From Eledone cirrhosa (Eukaryota): a stretch of DNA of 64,000 bases. Of the stretch, positions 12,681 through 25,521 are shown one piece after another (the stretch's first letter is position 1; every line of letters begins with the position of its first letter). The stretch covers positions 25,172,001 to 25,236,000 of the forward strand of contig OZ024740.1 in the NCBI GenBank assembly GCA_964016885.1, in the 5' to 3' direction. The notes under the pieces are model-generated. The model was given only the letters and a program-made list of their open reading frames with translations. It did no database searches and had not been told where the DNA came from. The translations under genes and the position numbers were made by a program.

Positions 12681-13326
12681 AGAGGATGCCAACCACTGAT
12701 GGGTTAAAGTTTTGTCAACATCAGGATTGTTAGCTCGTTCTGGGTATTTTCCATACAGAGGCTTTTCTTGCCATTTCTTAGCCAGTTTCTGTAGCAGTTC
12801 TTTCTTTGCAGTTACTTTTACCTGCTTTGCTTTTTCTGTGTTTTCCATTTCAGCAGTAAATGGGACTTCTGAAATTTGTAGTCCATTACTGTATCTTTGT
12901 GCATCTTTTGTAATGGAATATGATCTTTTGATGCTTTCGTGTTTCAAAACGAGTTTGATCATCCAATCATGTGAGTCCGTAAGATATGTAGATAATTCAA
13001 TTGTTGCAGTTTTCAACGCAATGTCTAACTGGATTAACCCACGTCCTCCTTCTTTCCTAGGGAGATATATTCTATATGTATCTGCCTTAGGGTGATGCAT
13101 TCTGTGCATGGTTAAGAATTTTCAAATTTTTGTATCGAGCCTACGGATCTCTGTGCTTGACCAGTTGATGATATTGTAACTGTAGGTTACTACTGGTATG
13201 GCAAGTGTGTTTATGGCATCGATCCTATTCCTTGCATTCAATTCCGTTCTTAAGATTGCTCTTACTCTGCAGTAACATTCCTAACTCATCCTTTCCCTCA
13301 TTGTCGAGTGCTTGATTCCGTCTCCT

Positions 13327-15192
13327 TCACAAACACCTATATTTGTAAGTTTTTTCTTGATCAAGTTCTCTTATCACGTTACCCCGATCAAGATTAATGT
13401 CTGAACTCTTCAGCAGCTTTCCTCTGGTGAACGTTGCTTTGGCGCATTTATCTAGTCCAAACACCATTTTAATGTCATCACTGAACTGCTCCACAGTGGA
13501 TAATAGCCCTTGCAATTGTTCATCATTTTTTGCAAATAGTTTCAGGTCATCCATGTAGAACAAGTGATTAATGGTTTTGTCATAGACTTTATATCCATGT
13601 TTTGTTTCATTGAGCATTTTACTTAATGGTATAAGTGCGATGCAGAATAAAAGCGGTGATAAAGAGTCACCCTGAAAAATTCCACAATTAATATTAACTT
13701 CTCCAGCTTCCAGTGATTTTATTTCACTATTCAAAAGGAGTGTCGTTTTCCATGTCTTCATACTGAATGACAAAAACCTCCTGACAACGGGGGATATTTT
13801 GAAAATCTCTAAACATTTTTCAATCCAACTGTGTGGCAAACTATCGAATGCTTTTTTATAATCTATCCAAGCAATTGATAGATTTTTCTGTTTATTATGA
13901 CAACCTTCCAGTATCATTTTGTTAACCAAAAGCTGATCCTTACAGCCATATGAGTCTCGTTTACGCCCTTTCTGCTCAATGGGAAATAGGTCATTTGTTA
14001 TCAGGTGGTCATATGTATATTCAGTTAGGACTGTTGTTAAAATTTTATACGTTGTGGTCAAGCAAGTTATCGGTCTGTAATTTTGGGGATTGTTTGTCTC
14101 ATCATCCTTCGGAAGCAGGAATGTAATGCCGTTAACTAGCCATGATGGTATCATTTCTGGCTCATTAACTATTTCATTGTAAAGTTGGGCTAACAGCTCA
14201 TGAGACTCTGCGAAGGCATTTATCCAATAATTTTGTATTTTGTCTTTTCCTGGGGATTTCCATTTGCTGGTTTTTCTTAGAGCCAAGCGCAACTGTTCAA
14301 CTGCTATATTTTCCCATATTTGTTCTTCAAGGTGAGCTGTATCTTTCATTTGTCTGTCTATCCATGGGGCATGTATGTTATGAACTTTTTCTTCGGCCAG
14401 GATCTTTTCCCAGAATTCTTGCACTTCCTCCTTGGGTGGTATTGATTTAGCAGTTATTGTTGACTTACCAATTTTTCTGTAGAAGTTTCTTTGGTTGTTT
14501 TTGAACATATTATTATCCTTATAGAATCTAGATCCCTTTTCAAGGCGCCTTATACGAGCAGCTTTGGCCGACACTTTTGGCTTGATTATTTCTATCAGCA
14601 TGTCTATGTCACTTGTTGATTCGATACTGTACTTTCTTTTCAATTTTCTAATTTTAGTTTGTTTAACATGTTCACCTACTTTATAGTTTGTTAAAATTTC
14701 TATGTCAGATCGGAGAAGGTTTATTTGGCGATTGATGTTCTCTTGCCAAGTAGATTTCTTGTGGGAATTCCTTTGTTTTTTCATCTTCACTCCACATAAG
14801 TGAGTGGTGACTTTAGCCGATGCATAATAGATATGATTTAAATCAGTAATGTTTAGTTTGTTTGTGATGATAATGTTTTTGAGAATTATGTTAGTCTTGT
14901 GTATTATCTTTTGGTTCTGTTTGGAGTTCTGGATCTTAGGGAGGGTGTCTCGTTGCCCCATGTCAGATTCTTTCATTTTCATCCATTCGATCATAATTTC
15001 ATCCTTCAAGTTGGCAAGTTCATTCTCATTCATTTCTTTATCATTTACGATCTCATTATTTTCATTTGGAGTTTCATCTTGAGCATGCACTCCCTCCACT
15101 TTTTCGATCCTTTCTTTAATTTGTTCTGTTGCCAGTGATTCCGCCCCAACCCTGGGATTCGGAGTGTTACACTTTACCTCGTTTTCACTCAC
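13327..15192 (-). pseudogene. R4/Dong reverse transcriptase fragment
   Basis: KWKSPGKDKIQNYW, NYRPITCL, AWIDYKKAFDSLPHSW, GIFQGDSLSPLLF, HLFYMDDLKLF, FGLDKCAK. Confidence 0.95.
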
Positions 15193-16893
15193 ACATGTTT
15201 CATTTTCCCTTCGCTGACTTTGTGCTAATAGCTTGATCTGATCAATTTCTACGTCAGTTAGTAACTTTTTTTTTACAATATTTCTTCGTATATTGGCTAG
15301 TTTGTTACTGTCAATATAGCCTTTGTTTTCGGGATGTTTCTTTTTCCAGTTGATATATGTCTGTTCTGTATTCGATGTATTTGATGGCTAGTACATGGCA
15401 GTGTAGAAAGCCTTAAGGACTTCTTTATTATCTTCCCTTGACCATTTTTCTCTCCTTTTCTTTGGATTTCTTGGTGGTGAGCATGGAGGGCCAACAGTAG
15501 GAGTATTCTGGTTATGGGAGGTCTCCAGCTCCGAAGTGATGGGAAGGTTTGAAGGTTAGCTGATTGTTCGACCCCAGTCTGGTTCCTCTCTGAGGGACGC
15601 GGCCCTTTTTTACCCGGGTGACGGCCGATCCGGTATGAGATTTTATCATTAGACATTTACTTTATTTTGTCGCGTTTTATCCTTATCCGCCAAGGGGTAA
15701 TCATTTCGTGTTACCACTTCTAGAACGAGTGTCAACCAAGACTAGAGGGGTCGTTCTCCCCTAGAGACACGGCTATTCCCCGCCGGCCGCCATCCCGGTA
15801 TTTCTTGGTCGCGGGGTTTTCTTTTTTGTTGTTTTTTTAAATTGTTATTATCTTGAGTGGTTCCTTAATGTGAGCATTGCGTGGCTTAAGAATGAAATTA
15901 TTAATAATTGTCTCCACTCCAGGCACAAGGCCAGCAATTACCCAGTGCATTACAATAATATAATATACTTTTTGCTGAAGTTGCCTGTTATTGTTGTTGG
16001 CTATGTCGGTGGTGGTGCTGGAGCTTTTTATATTGTTGGTGAGGAAGGGGGGAGCCAGCAGTGCCATAGTTGTTGACGTTTGGCCGGTGGCCGGGTCACT
16101 AAGTCAATCTATTTATATCTTTTGCTAGCCTCTTCCTTGTCTAGTGATACCGCCACCTTCCCATTTCTTAAGTTAACAGGGGAATTATGGTGGTAGCAAT
16201 GAAGAGGTGGTGGCGGCGGTGATGGGATAGTGGTAGCAATGATGAATGGAGTGGTGGCGGCGGTGGCGTTGTCTTTACTGAATTTTGTTGAATGGACTAG
16301 TTTTGTTTGATATGTAGTATCTATGCGTTTGTGTCGCGTATGTTTAATATATTTGTTGAATAGACTAGTTTTGTCCGATCTGTAGTATCTAAGCGTTTGT
16401 GTCGCGTATGTTTAATATATGTGTTGACATATTCTCTTAATATTGGAATTAAACATTTTGTTAAAACTTGAGACAATAATAATAGTAATTATTATTATGA
16501 TGCTGGGATTGGTGGTGGTGGTGGTGAAATTGCCGTTATCTAGCTGTTATATTTAGTGTACACAGCGGGGTGATGGGGTAGGTGGTGTATCAAGTTTCTG
16601 GTGCTGGTGAAATTGCTGTTATTTGGCTGTTCTATATAGTGTAGACAGAGGGGTTTTCTTCGATTTATAACCATTTTCTTTTTTGAATATAAAATATATA
16701 ATACAAAATTGAATATTTGAGCGATATAACAAGATATTATGGATCCGAATTTTTATGAGACTTGATTCGGTGACTTATGCATCATTTGTACTAAGCATTG
16801 TTATTTCACAATTGATTTAAATATGTTAAAAATCAAAAACTTACGGGAGCGATTTCATGACCTTCTACCACCACGTGCGTCTTCTTCCCTTAT

Positions 16894-17095
<202 letters not shown>

Positions 17096-17299
17096 TTCCT
17101 CAATGATTGCGTTTGGATGAGTGGCTGCATATATGTGTATGCATTGTACATGTATGCGTGTGTCCATAGTTGTATAGAGAATAATTTAATAATACTTGGA
17201 ATAAGAAGATTTGGCCAGACAGCCATTTTGATGTGAATTTAACCAAATATGTCAACATCAGATGTAGGTCATTGACTTCCTGAATTGGTATATCTTAAA

Positions 17300-17834
17300 C
17301 ATACGACATACACACATGCCATACACACACACATATATACACAGACACACACACATATCACATGACCATACATATACACACATACATAGACACGCTAACT
17401 CACACGCAGACACACACATATATACATACACACAATATAATACACATGACACATACACAGACACCACATACACAAATACAAACACGGTCAGACACACACA
17501 GACACACACACAAAGTCATACACACCATATACACACATAACATACACAAACACACACATACATACACACACAAACAAACTTACGCACGCACACACATGAC
17601 ATACACACACATGACATTCACACATACACATACACAAACACCAACTCACATACATGATAGACACAAACAAACACACAAACGCACACACATGACATAAAAA
17701 CAAACAGACACAGTCACACACATACACACATACTTACACACACCACAACCTCACATGACATACACACATACGCACACACTCACACACAGAGACACACCAC
17801 ACACCACATCACATGACATACACACCTACACACA

Positions 17835-17869
<35 letters not shown>

Positions 17870-17970
17870 TTACACACACCATAAACTCACATGACACACA
17901 CACACACATAGACTTACACACACCACAACCTCAAATGACACACAGACACACACTCATGCACACACATCTA
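17300..17970. repeat. Degenerate (CA)n-rich array punctuated by CATGAC
   Basis: Recurrent CACATGACA motif within CA repeats. Confidence 0.85.
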
Positions 17971-18077
17971 AGTACATATGTACTGCACCACAGATGTACC
18001 TCATATGTTTTGGTGGATATTTGATTATTGATGTGGAAAGCAATAAGTTAGAATAGACATACTGCTGCTGCTGCTCT

Positions 18078-18607
<530 letters not shown>

Positions 18608-19014
18608 AATACAGTACTATGTGTACTCTCAGAAATAATCCTCATATTCGTCCTTTTTCAGTCTTTCAACAACAACAACAACAACAACAACAACAGAACA
18701 ACAAAAATAAAGATAATAGACGGAAGAAAACTAAGAGACTTAGAACATAAAAGTTCTGCTTAGTCTTGTTGTTGTTGTTGTTGTTGTTCTTCTTCTTCTT
18801 CTTCTTCTTTTTCTTCTTCTTCTTCTTCCTGAGATTCGCCAACACTACACCTAATATTCCCCCTCCATACACACACACACATTTATATCATGACTCATAC
18901 ACACACTGTTCACTTTCCTGACATTTGTACATTATTCTATGTACCATACATGAACATTTGATGAGTGGTAGTGCACCTGAGCACTGTACGAAATCATTTC
19001 ATTATTGTTATTAT

Positions 19015-20037
19015 TACACACAACCTCATACAACCATATTCCCTCACACACACACACACACACACACACATGCACACAAACTCATACAACCATATTCCCT
19101 CACACACATATACACACACACACACAAACCTCATACAACCATATTCCCTCACACACACACACACAGACACACACACACACTCATACAACCATATTCCCTC
19201 ACACACACACACACACAAACTCACACAACCATATTCCCTCACACACATACACCCACACACACACACAAACTCATACAACCATATTCCCTCACACACACAC
19301 ACACACACACACAAACTCATACAACCTTATTCCCTCACACACACCCACACACACACAAACTCATACAACCATATTCCGTCACACCCACACACACACACAC
19401 TCATACAACCATATTCCCTCACACACACACACAAACTCATACAACCATATTGCCTCACACACATACACCCACACACACACACAAACTCATACAACCATAT
19501 TCCCTCACACACACACACACATACACACAAACTCATACAACCTTATTCCCTCACACACACCCACACACACACAAACTCATACAACCATATTCCGTCACAC
19601 CCACACACACACAAACTCATACAACCATATTCCGTCACACACACACAAACTCATACAACCATATTCCCTCACACACACACACACAAACTCATACAACCAT
19701 ATTCCCTCACACACACATACAAACTCATACAACCATATTCCCTCACACACACACACACTCACAAACTCATACAACCATATTCCCTCATATACACACGCAC
19801 ACACACACTCATACAACCATATTCCCTCACACACACACACACACACACACTCACACAAACATACACACACAAACACATACAATCATGTTCCCTCATATAC
19901 ACACACACACAAACATATACAGTCATGTTCCCTCACACACATACACACACACATACACACACAAACACATAGAATAATGTTCCCTCACACACACACACAC
20001 CCATACACACACACAAACACATACAATCATGTTCCCT

Positions 20038-20068
<31 letters not shown>

Positions 20069-20345
20069 ACACACAAACACATATAATCATGTTCCCTCAC
20101 ACACACACACATACACTCACACACTCATATAATCATATTCCATCACACACACATGCACACACACACACACACAAACATACAATCATATTCCCTCACACAC
20201 ACACACAGAAACACACACAATCATATTCCGTCACACACACACACACACGCACACACACAGAAACACATACGATCATATTCCCTCATACACACCCACACAC
20301 ACACACACGCACAGAAACATATACAATCATGTTCCCCCACACACC
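19015..20345. repeat. Minisatellite: AAACTCATACAACCATATTCCCT plus variable (CA)n, ~30 units
   Basis: Core motif repeated; shifts to AAACATACAATCATGTTCCCT after ~19870. Confidence 0.92.
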
Positions 20346-20839
20346 ACACATCGACCATCCTTTCACTTCTCCCCCTTCTACTTCTTTGATTTCGAATTCC
20401 TTTGAAATCTCGTCATATGACGTAGAGAAGACGAGGGTGAGTATATCATAGCAAACAATGATTATGAATGGGCTAGTGCTAGTGAGGAAGAAGGCCAATA
20501 ACTGTGAAACTATTGAAATTTCAAACACAATTTCTAATGATTTGTGATATTTCTGTAATATAATTCGGTGCCAACTTTTCTGTGATTCATTTGTGGGTTA
20601 AAGTATTAATTATTATAATATGTGTGTATAACAAAAAAATTGCTTTTAAATAATTAAATCAAAAATTTAGCCTCAACAATATATCGACACATCAAACTTC
20701 GCTCTCTCTGATCGAACGACGAGATCTCAGAACTCATTCGCTTGCCAAGAGGGAGAGGACCTCCTCAAATTGGACCAAGGAAACAATTTTTCCATTGGTA
20801 TTTCCATTGCTGAAACTATCTACCAGTCGCAACTCCTAG

Positions 20840-20958
20840 CAAAAGGAGCAGTGTGAATGAAAGTGTCTTCCTCAAGAACACAATGCATCATTCGCTCCTA
20901 GAATTCAACTCGCAACCTCACTATTGCGAACCAAACTCTCTAAGCTACGTGCCTTCAC
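20840..20958 (-). mobile_element. Degenerate tRNA-derived SINE head (CORE/V-like, different family)
   Basis: Reverse complement GTGAAGGCACGTAGCTTAG..GGTTGCGAGTTGAATTC..GTGTTCTTGAGGAAGACAC, resembling the CCTTGGGCAAGACAC motif. Confidence 0.55.
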
Positions 20959-20995
20959 ATCAGATTTACCACAATTATTCTTAGTTACATTCTTA

Positions 20996-21187
20996 GGGCG
21001 GTGGATTGGGAGTATCGGTAGAGAGTCGGACGCCATGCTTTGCAGCATAGAGTTACGGCCGTTTATGATCTGAGTTCAAATGACGCCGAGGTTAATTTGG
21101 CCTTTCATCCTTACGGGGTCGATAAAATAAAGTACCAGTAATGTACTGAATAATTGCTGGCCTTGTGCCCAAAGTAGAAACAATTGT
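20996..21187 (+). mobile_element. Meta-domain SINE
   Basis: GGGCGGTGGATTGG..GAGTTCAAAT..GCCTTTCATCCTTACGGGGTCGATAAAATAAAGTACCAGT..AAAGTAGAAACAATT. Confidence 0.88.
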
Positions 21188-21440
21188 TCTTAGTTACATT
21201 GCTTGAGATTCATTAGAAATACACTCATAAAAGGGTTAAAAGTAGAAGCTAATAAACCTGCATTTCCCTTTTTTTTGTTACTACAAAATAAAAAACAGAT
21301 AGGAGAACATGCCGCAAAACTGACCACGGACTGGTCACCTACCAATGCAACTTTCACAAGAACATAAACGATAAAGCCATACAAAACTGTAAATAGAAAA
21401 CATGAATGGCACCATACTAAAACAAGGACAACAACCATAA

Positions 21441-21620
21441 TAATTGTTTCTACTTTTGGCACAAGTTCAGCAATTACCCAGTGCATTACTGGTACTTTAT
21501 TTTATCGACCTCGTAATTATGACAGGCAAAGCCAACCTGGGCGGGATTTGAACTCAGAACGTAAAGGGTTGTAAGTCAATGCCACCAAGCATATTTCCGA
21601 CGCTCTACCGATTCTGCCAG
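21441..21620 (-). mobile_element. Meta-domain SINE
   Basis: Reverse complement of the same consensus. Confidence 0.85.
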
Positions 21621-21929
21621 CACCGTACTAAAACAACAACAACAATTATAACCATAATAATATTTCAGAAAGGAAGACGAAGGTATAAAGCGGAACAACA
21701 GCCGCAATATCATGACAAGAGCCGCAACAAATGTTGGTTCACGAATAAGATGAGGAGCAGTAAGTACACCAAAGGAAGGGGAAAAGAGAAAGAAAAATGA
21801 CTTCTACAAAATCAGGCACGGCCAAATCCAGAAAAAGCAAAGAAACAAAAAAGAAAACAAAAAACATCACAAGCAAACCCCAAAACAAAACAGTGAAAAG
21901 AAAAATAACAAAAAACAAACAAAAACAAC

Positions 21930-22047
21930 GCTGGTCTCACTTGGTGGTCCAGCCGGATCAGTTGGATGTGGTTGCTTCTAACAGGACGCTCTGGAAGAAG
22001 GAGTGTTTCAGGGCTCTGCCCTAAGACACTCAGGAATAAGTGAGCAT
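21930..22047 (+). mobile_element. 3' terminal fragment of an RTE-like LINE followed by a (TGA)/(AGA) tail
   Basis: VASNRTLWKK resembles the RTE C-terminal A.DR..W(R/K); similar to 56430-56545 (-). Confidence 0.5.
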
Positions 22048-22513
22048 TGATGATGATGATGATGATGATGATGAAGAAGAAGAAGAAGAAGAAGAAGAAG
22101 AAGAAGAAGAAGAAGAAGAAGAAGAAGAAGGAGGAGGAGGAGGAGGAGGAGGAGGAGGAGAAGAAGGAGGAGGAGGAGAATAAGAAGAAGAATAAGAAGA
22201 AGGAGGAGGAGAAGGAGGAGGAGGAGGAGGAGAAGGAGAAGGAGAAGAAGAAGAAGAAGAAGAAGAAGAAGCAGGAGGAGGAGGAGGAGGAGGAGAAGAA
22301 GAATGCAAAGAAGAAGAAGAAGGAGGAGGAGAAGAAGAAGAAGAAGAAGAAGAAGAAGAAGAAGAAGAAGAAGGAGGAGGAGGAGGTGGAGAAGAAGAAG
22401 GAGAAGAAGAAGAAGGAGGAGGAGGAGAAGAAGAAGAAGAAGAAGAAGAAGGAGGAGGAGGAGGAGAAGAAGAAGAAGAAGAAGAAGAAGAAGAAGAAGA
22501 AGAAGAAGAAGAA
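22048..22513. repeat. (TGA)n(AGA/AGG)n purine-rich triplet array
   Basis: Directly visible. Confidence 0.95.
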
Positions 22514-23302
22514 ACATGTGTAGCTGGAACATGTAATACAATTCTACAAAGAAATAGAAGCAGATGGTGGGGGGGGGGCATGAATCGAGACGGTAATACT
22601 GAATAATATTTCTTTTAAGACATTTATAGAAACAGCCAGAATGACTACTCCCTATTAAATATATCTGCGGTGACTACTCCCTGTTCAAATGTATCTGAGG
22701 TGTAAATTATAAAATGTATTTGTTCATTATAACATACGGGTACTCTGACTCGCGAAAATGTGATCTTCGTTATTCGGAGACGTTTAAAATTCGGTTACAG
22801 CGTTTTGAAATTTTGAATACAAATCAGAATAGCTGCATAATTGCAGATACATCGATATTTATTGTAGAATTTAGAAACATCGACAGTATAAGATATTTCC
22901 TCCACATAATGGATATGCAATATTCATTATTTTTATCAACACTAAAAATGCATTAATAATAGCATTTGTGTGCTTTACAATAAAATACTGAACACATGAA
23001 AATATCACGATTATGTATATGAATAAAAGAATATATTATATTGTTTGTATGAAAATTGTATAGATAAGTACGTAATGCCTTTCCTAATGGCAACATTTCA
23101 AATCTCATTGAATAATCGTTTTGGCTAATCTAATGAAGAATTCTTTCTTTGTATATTGTTATACGATATCTGATTTTCGATCGTTTGAATAATCGGCTAC
23201 GTGAAACACAGGTCAATAGGAAAAATAATTTCCTAATATTATATATAATCTCTTCTCCATGTGTTAAGTAATATTTTCCTTCGTATGTAAACAAACTGTC
23301 AC

Positions 23303-23361
<59 letters not shown>

Positions 23362-23577
23362 AGACGTGTGTAACTTCGCGGAGAAGTTTCCGTTAATTTA
23401 TGTAAGAAAAAAACGTGAGTTTTTAGTTAAATTTTCTATATTGTGTAACTTGACCCCCCGTCTGGACCTTCAGGTGGTAGTCAACTCATTTTCGCTCCTA
23501 CAGGGGCGAAATATCCATTCGAAAAATTTTTCTCCATCGAATTTTGGAAAAAAATATTGTAAAAGTTTGATTACGTT

Positions 23578-25488
23578 ATGAACGCTGCGTCCAACGATAA
23601 TGGTGGTGGAGAGGCGGTAAGACTACAAAGCTCGCAGTCAACAACGTCTTCTTCACTAGATACTATAGAGATGGAAAGACGAAATGAAAATGTAAAAACG
23701 AATTCATATCCAAACAACACAAATGACACCAAACAATTCAATGAGAACAAAAATAACAGCAACATCAATAATGATGATAAAAGCAACAATGATAACAACA
23801 ACAAAGAAAAAAATAAAGACAGCACCAATAACACCAGCATCAAAGGCAACAACAACACCAAGGTAAATACGAATAATATCAACATCGGTGACAACAAAAA
23901 TAACAACAACAATAACAACAATAATGACAACATCACCAACACGGATTCCACAAAGAAACCAAAAATCTCCTTTGCAGAGAAATTTCAAAAAAAGGGGCAA
24001 CTGATATATCTCGACATAACAAATGCTGAACAACTTTTAAAGGACGCTATGAGATATGTCACTTTCTAAAAAAAATGGTGCTTTCAGCATCAATTCTCCG
24101 GTAGAAATTCGCAAGGAAACTGCTCCCAAAACGATAGTTTTTAGGACAGTTTCCAATTCTACCCGAAAACCAGTCCAATTGTCACAGAAAGAAATTGAAT
24201 TTGGTTTTCAAAAATTCAATGAATGATATTTCATTCATTCAAAGAAACAAACTTTTTGGGAGTATTTCGGTACTCATGAAGGATCAATTGACGGCCCCAA
24301 ATTACTCTGTGTCGCCAATTGTATCCCACCTGTACACCTTTTTCCCTACATACATGGGGAAAAGGACACAAAAGATCAGAATCACGAGTGTCATACCAAA
24401 GGTGAATATATGGTGGATACTGTGCGGCTTCATCAATTTTGATGAAGACAGAATACTGTCAGTAGGAAAGTCCCCCAGAGATCTATTCAATGGGACTAGC
24501 ATTGAAGTTCTGGTGCAAATGAGCCCAGAGCGAATAGCTATGATCCCACAACGTGTACTCCTGGATGACTCACCTACATAAACTTTTCGGTTGAGGGTAG
24601 GCGTCCTTCATGTTACCATTGCTTTAGCAGCGGTCACCTGAGGGCTCCCTGTCCTAAATTAATGAATCAAAAAAAGGCTCTTCTGCCGACACCCATCAAA
24701 ACAAAACAACCACCAACACCACCACAACAACAACAACAACACCAACACACAAAAATAACCACAACAAATACAGTCCCACCCAACCCACTCCACCTAAAAC
24801 CACTGCAAAATCACATACAGCTCCCCAAGACATACCCCTCCCCAATCACACAGACGATACAACAGATGAGGCTATCTCGCCATCACCCAGTGAAGACGAG
24901 GGAGAACACCATCGCTCGAAAAGAAAGAAAAAACATCACAAAAGCAAAAAACCAGCAAACACTACCACAAACATACAACCACCAACACAAAAAACAAAAA
25001 CATCACAAACAAAACCCCCACCTCCTGAAAACAAAATACCTACAACAAAACGAAAGCACACACAAGAACTACAGACAAAAACAAACACAACACAAGAAAA
25101 TTACACTTACACTTACATAAACACTGAAAACAAAACACTAATAGAGATCATCACGAACGACCCTTCGGTGAAAACCGAAGGGAAAACTTTCGCCCACTCT
25201 ATTAAAAATAGCAAAAAACTGAACCTAAAACTGATTAGGGTCCCTATACAAACTTATAGGTCCCTAAAAGAAACATTTGAGAAGGATGTGGGGAATTCCT
25301 GCGTGAAACCACTCAACCGCGTCCTTCTCAAATGTCTCCCCACCCCAGACACCCCCATCCCACCAGACCCCACCCCACCAAACATCCGCGTCCCCACCCC
25401 GCCGGAAACCACCACCCATCCAGACAACCCCTCCAACACCCCCATGGAAATCGTGCGGCCTGGTCCCCAGGAGGCGAAGGGTGAGTGA
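23578..25488 (+). pseudogene. Tx1 ORF1 (gag-like), frameshifted
   Basis: Fragments 23578-24069, 24195-24581, 25168-25488; 24590-24655 reads VEGRRPSCYHCFSSGHLRAPCP (CCHC knuckle). Confidence 0.8.
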
Positions 25489-25521
25489 TCTCTTTTCCTC
25501 TTTTAACTTTTCAGAACCAAC

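Larger units (their letters stand above)
11860..15835 (-). mobile_element. R4/Dong-clade non-LTR retrotransposon (RT plus restriction-like endonuclease), near full length, decayed
   Basis: Single ORF broken into fragments 15297-15656, 13327-15192, 12678-13109 and 12006-12524; 3' end abuts (TAA)n at 11826-11860. Confidence 0.9.

Noticed and set aside
15960-16290. GC-richer segment as a possible minus-strand host exon
   Set aside because: All three frames hit stops near 16100-16120 and no recognisable protein is encoded
19015-20345. CRISPR-like repeat-spacer appearance
   Set aside because: Spacers are only (CA)n, the context is eukaryotic and there are no cas genes
20345-20445. Strong GAGG|GTGAGT splice donor
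   Set aside because: No convincing acceptor or coding partner exon; cannot be supported without transcript data
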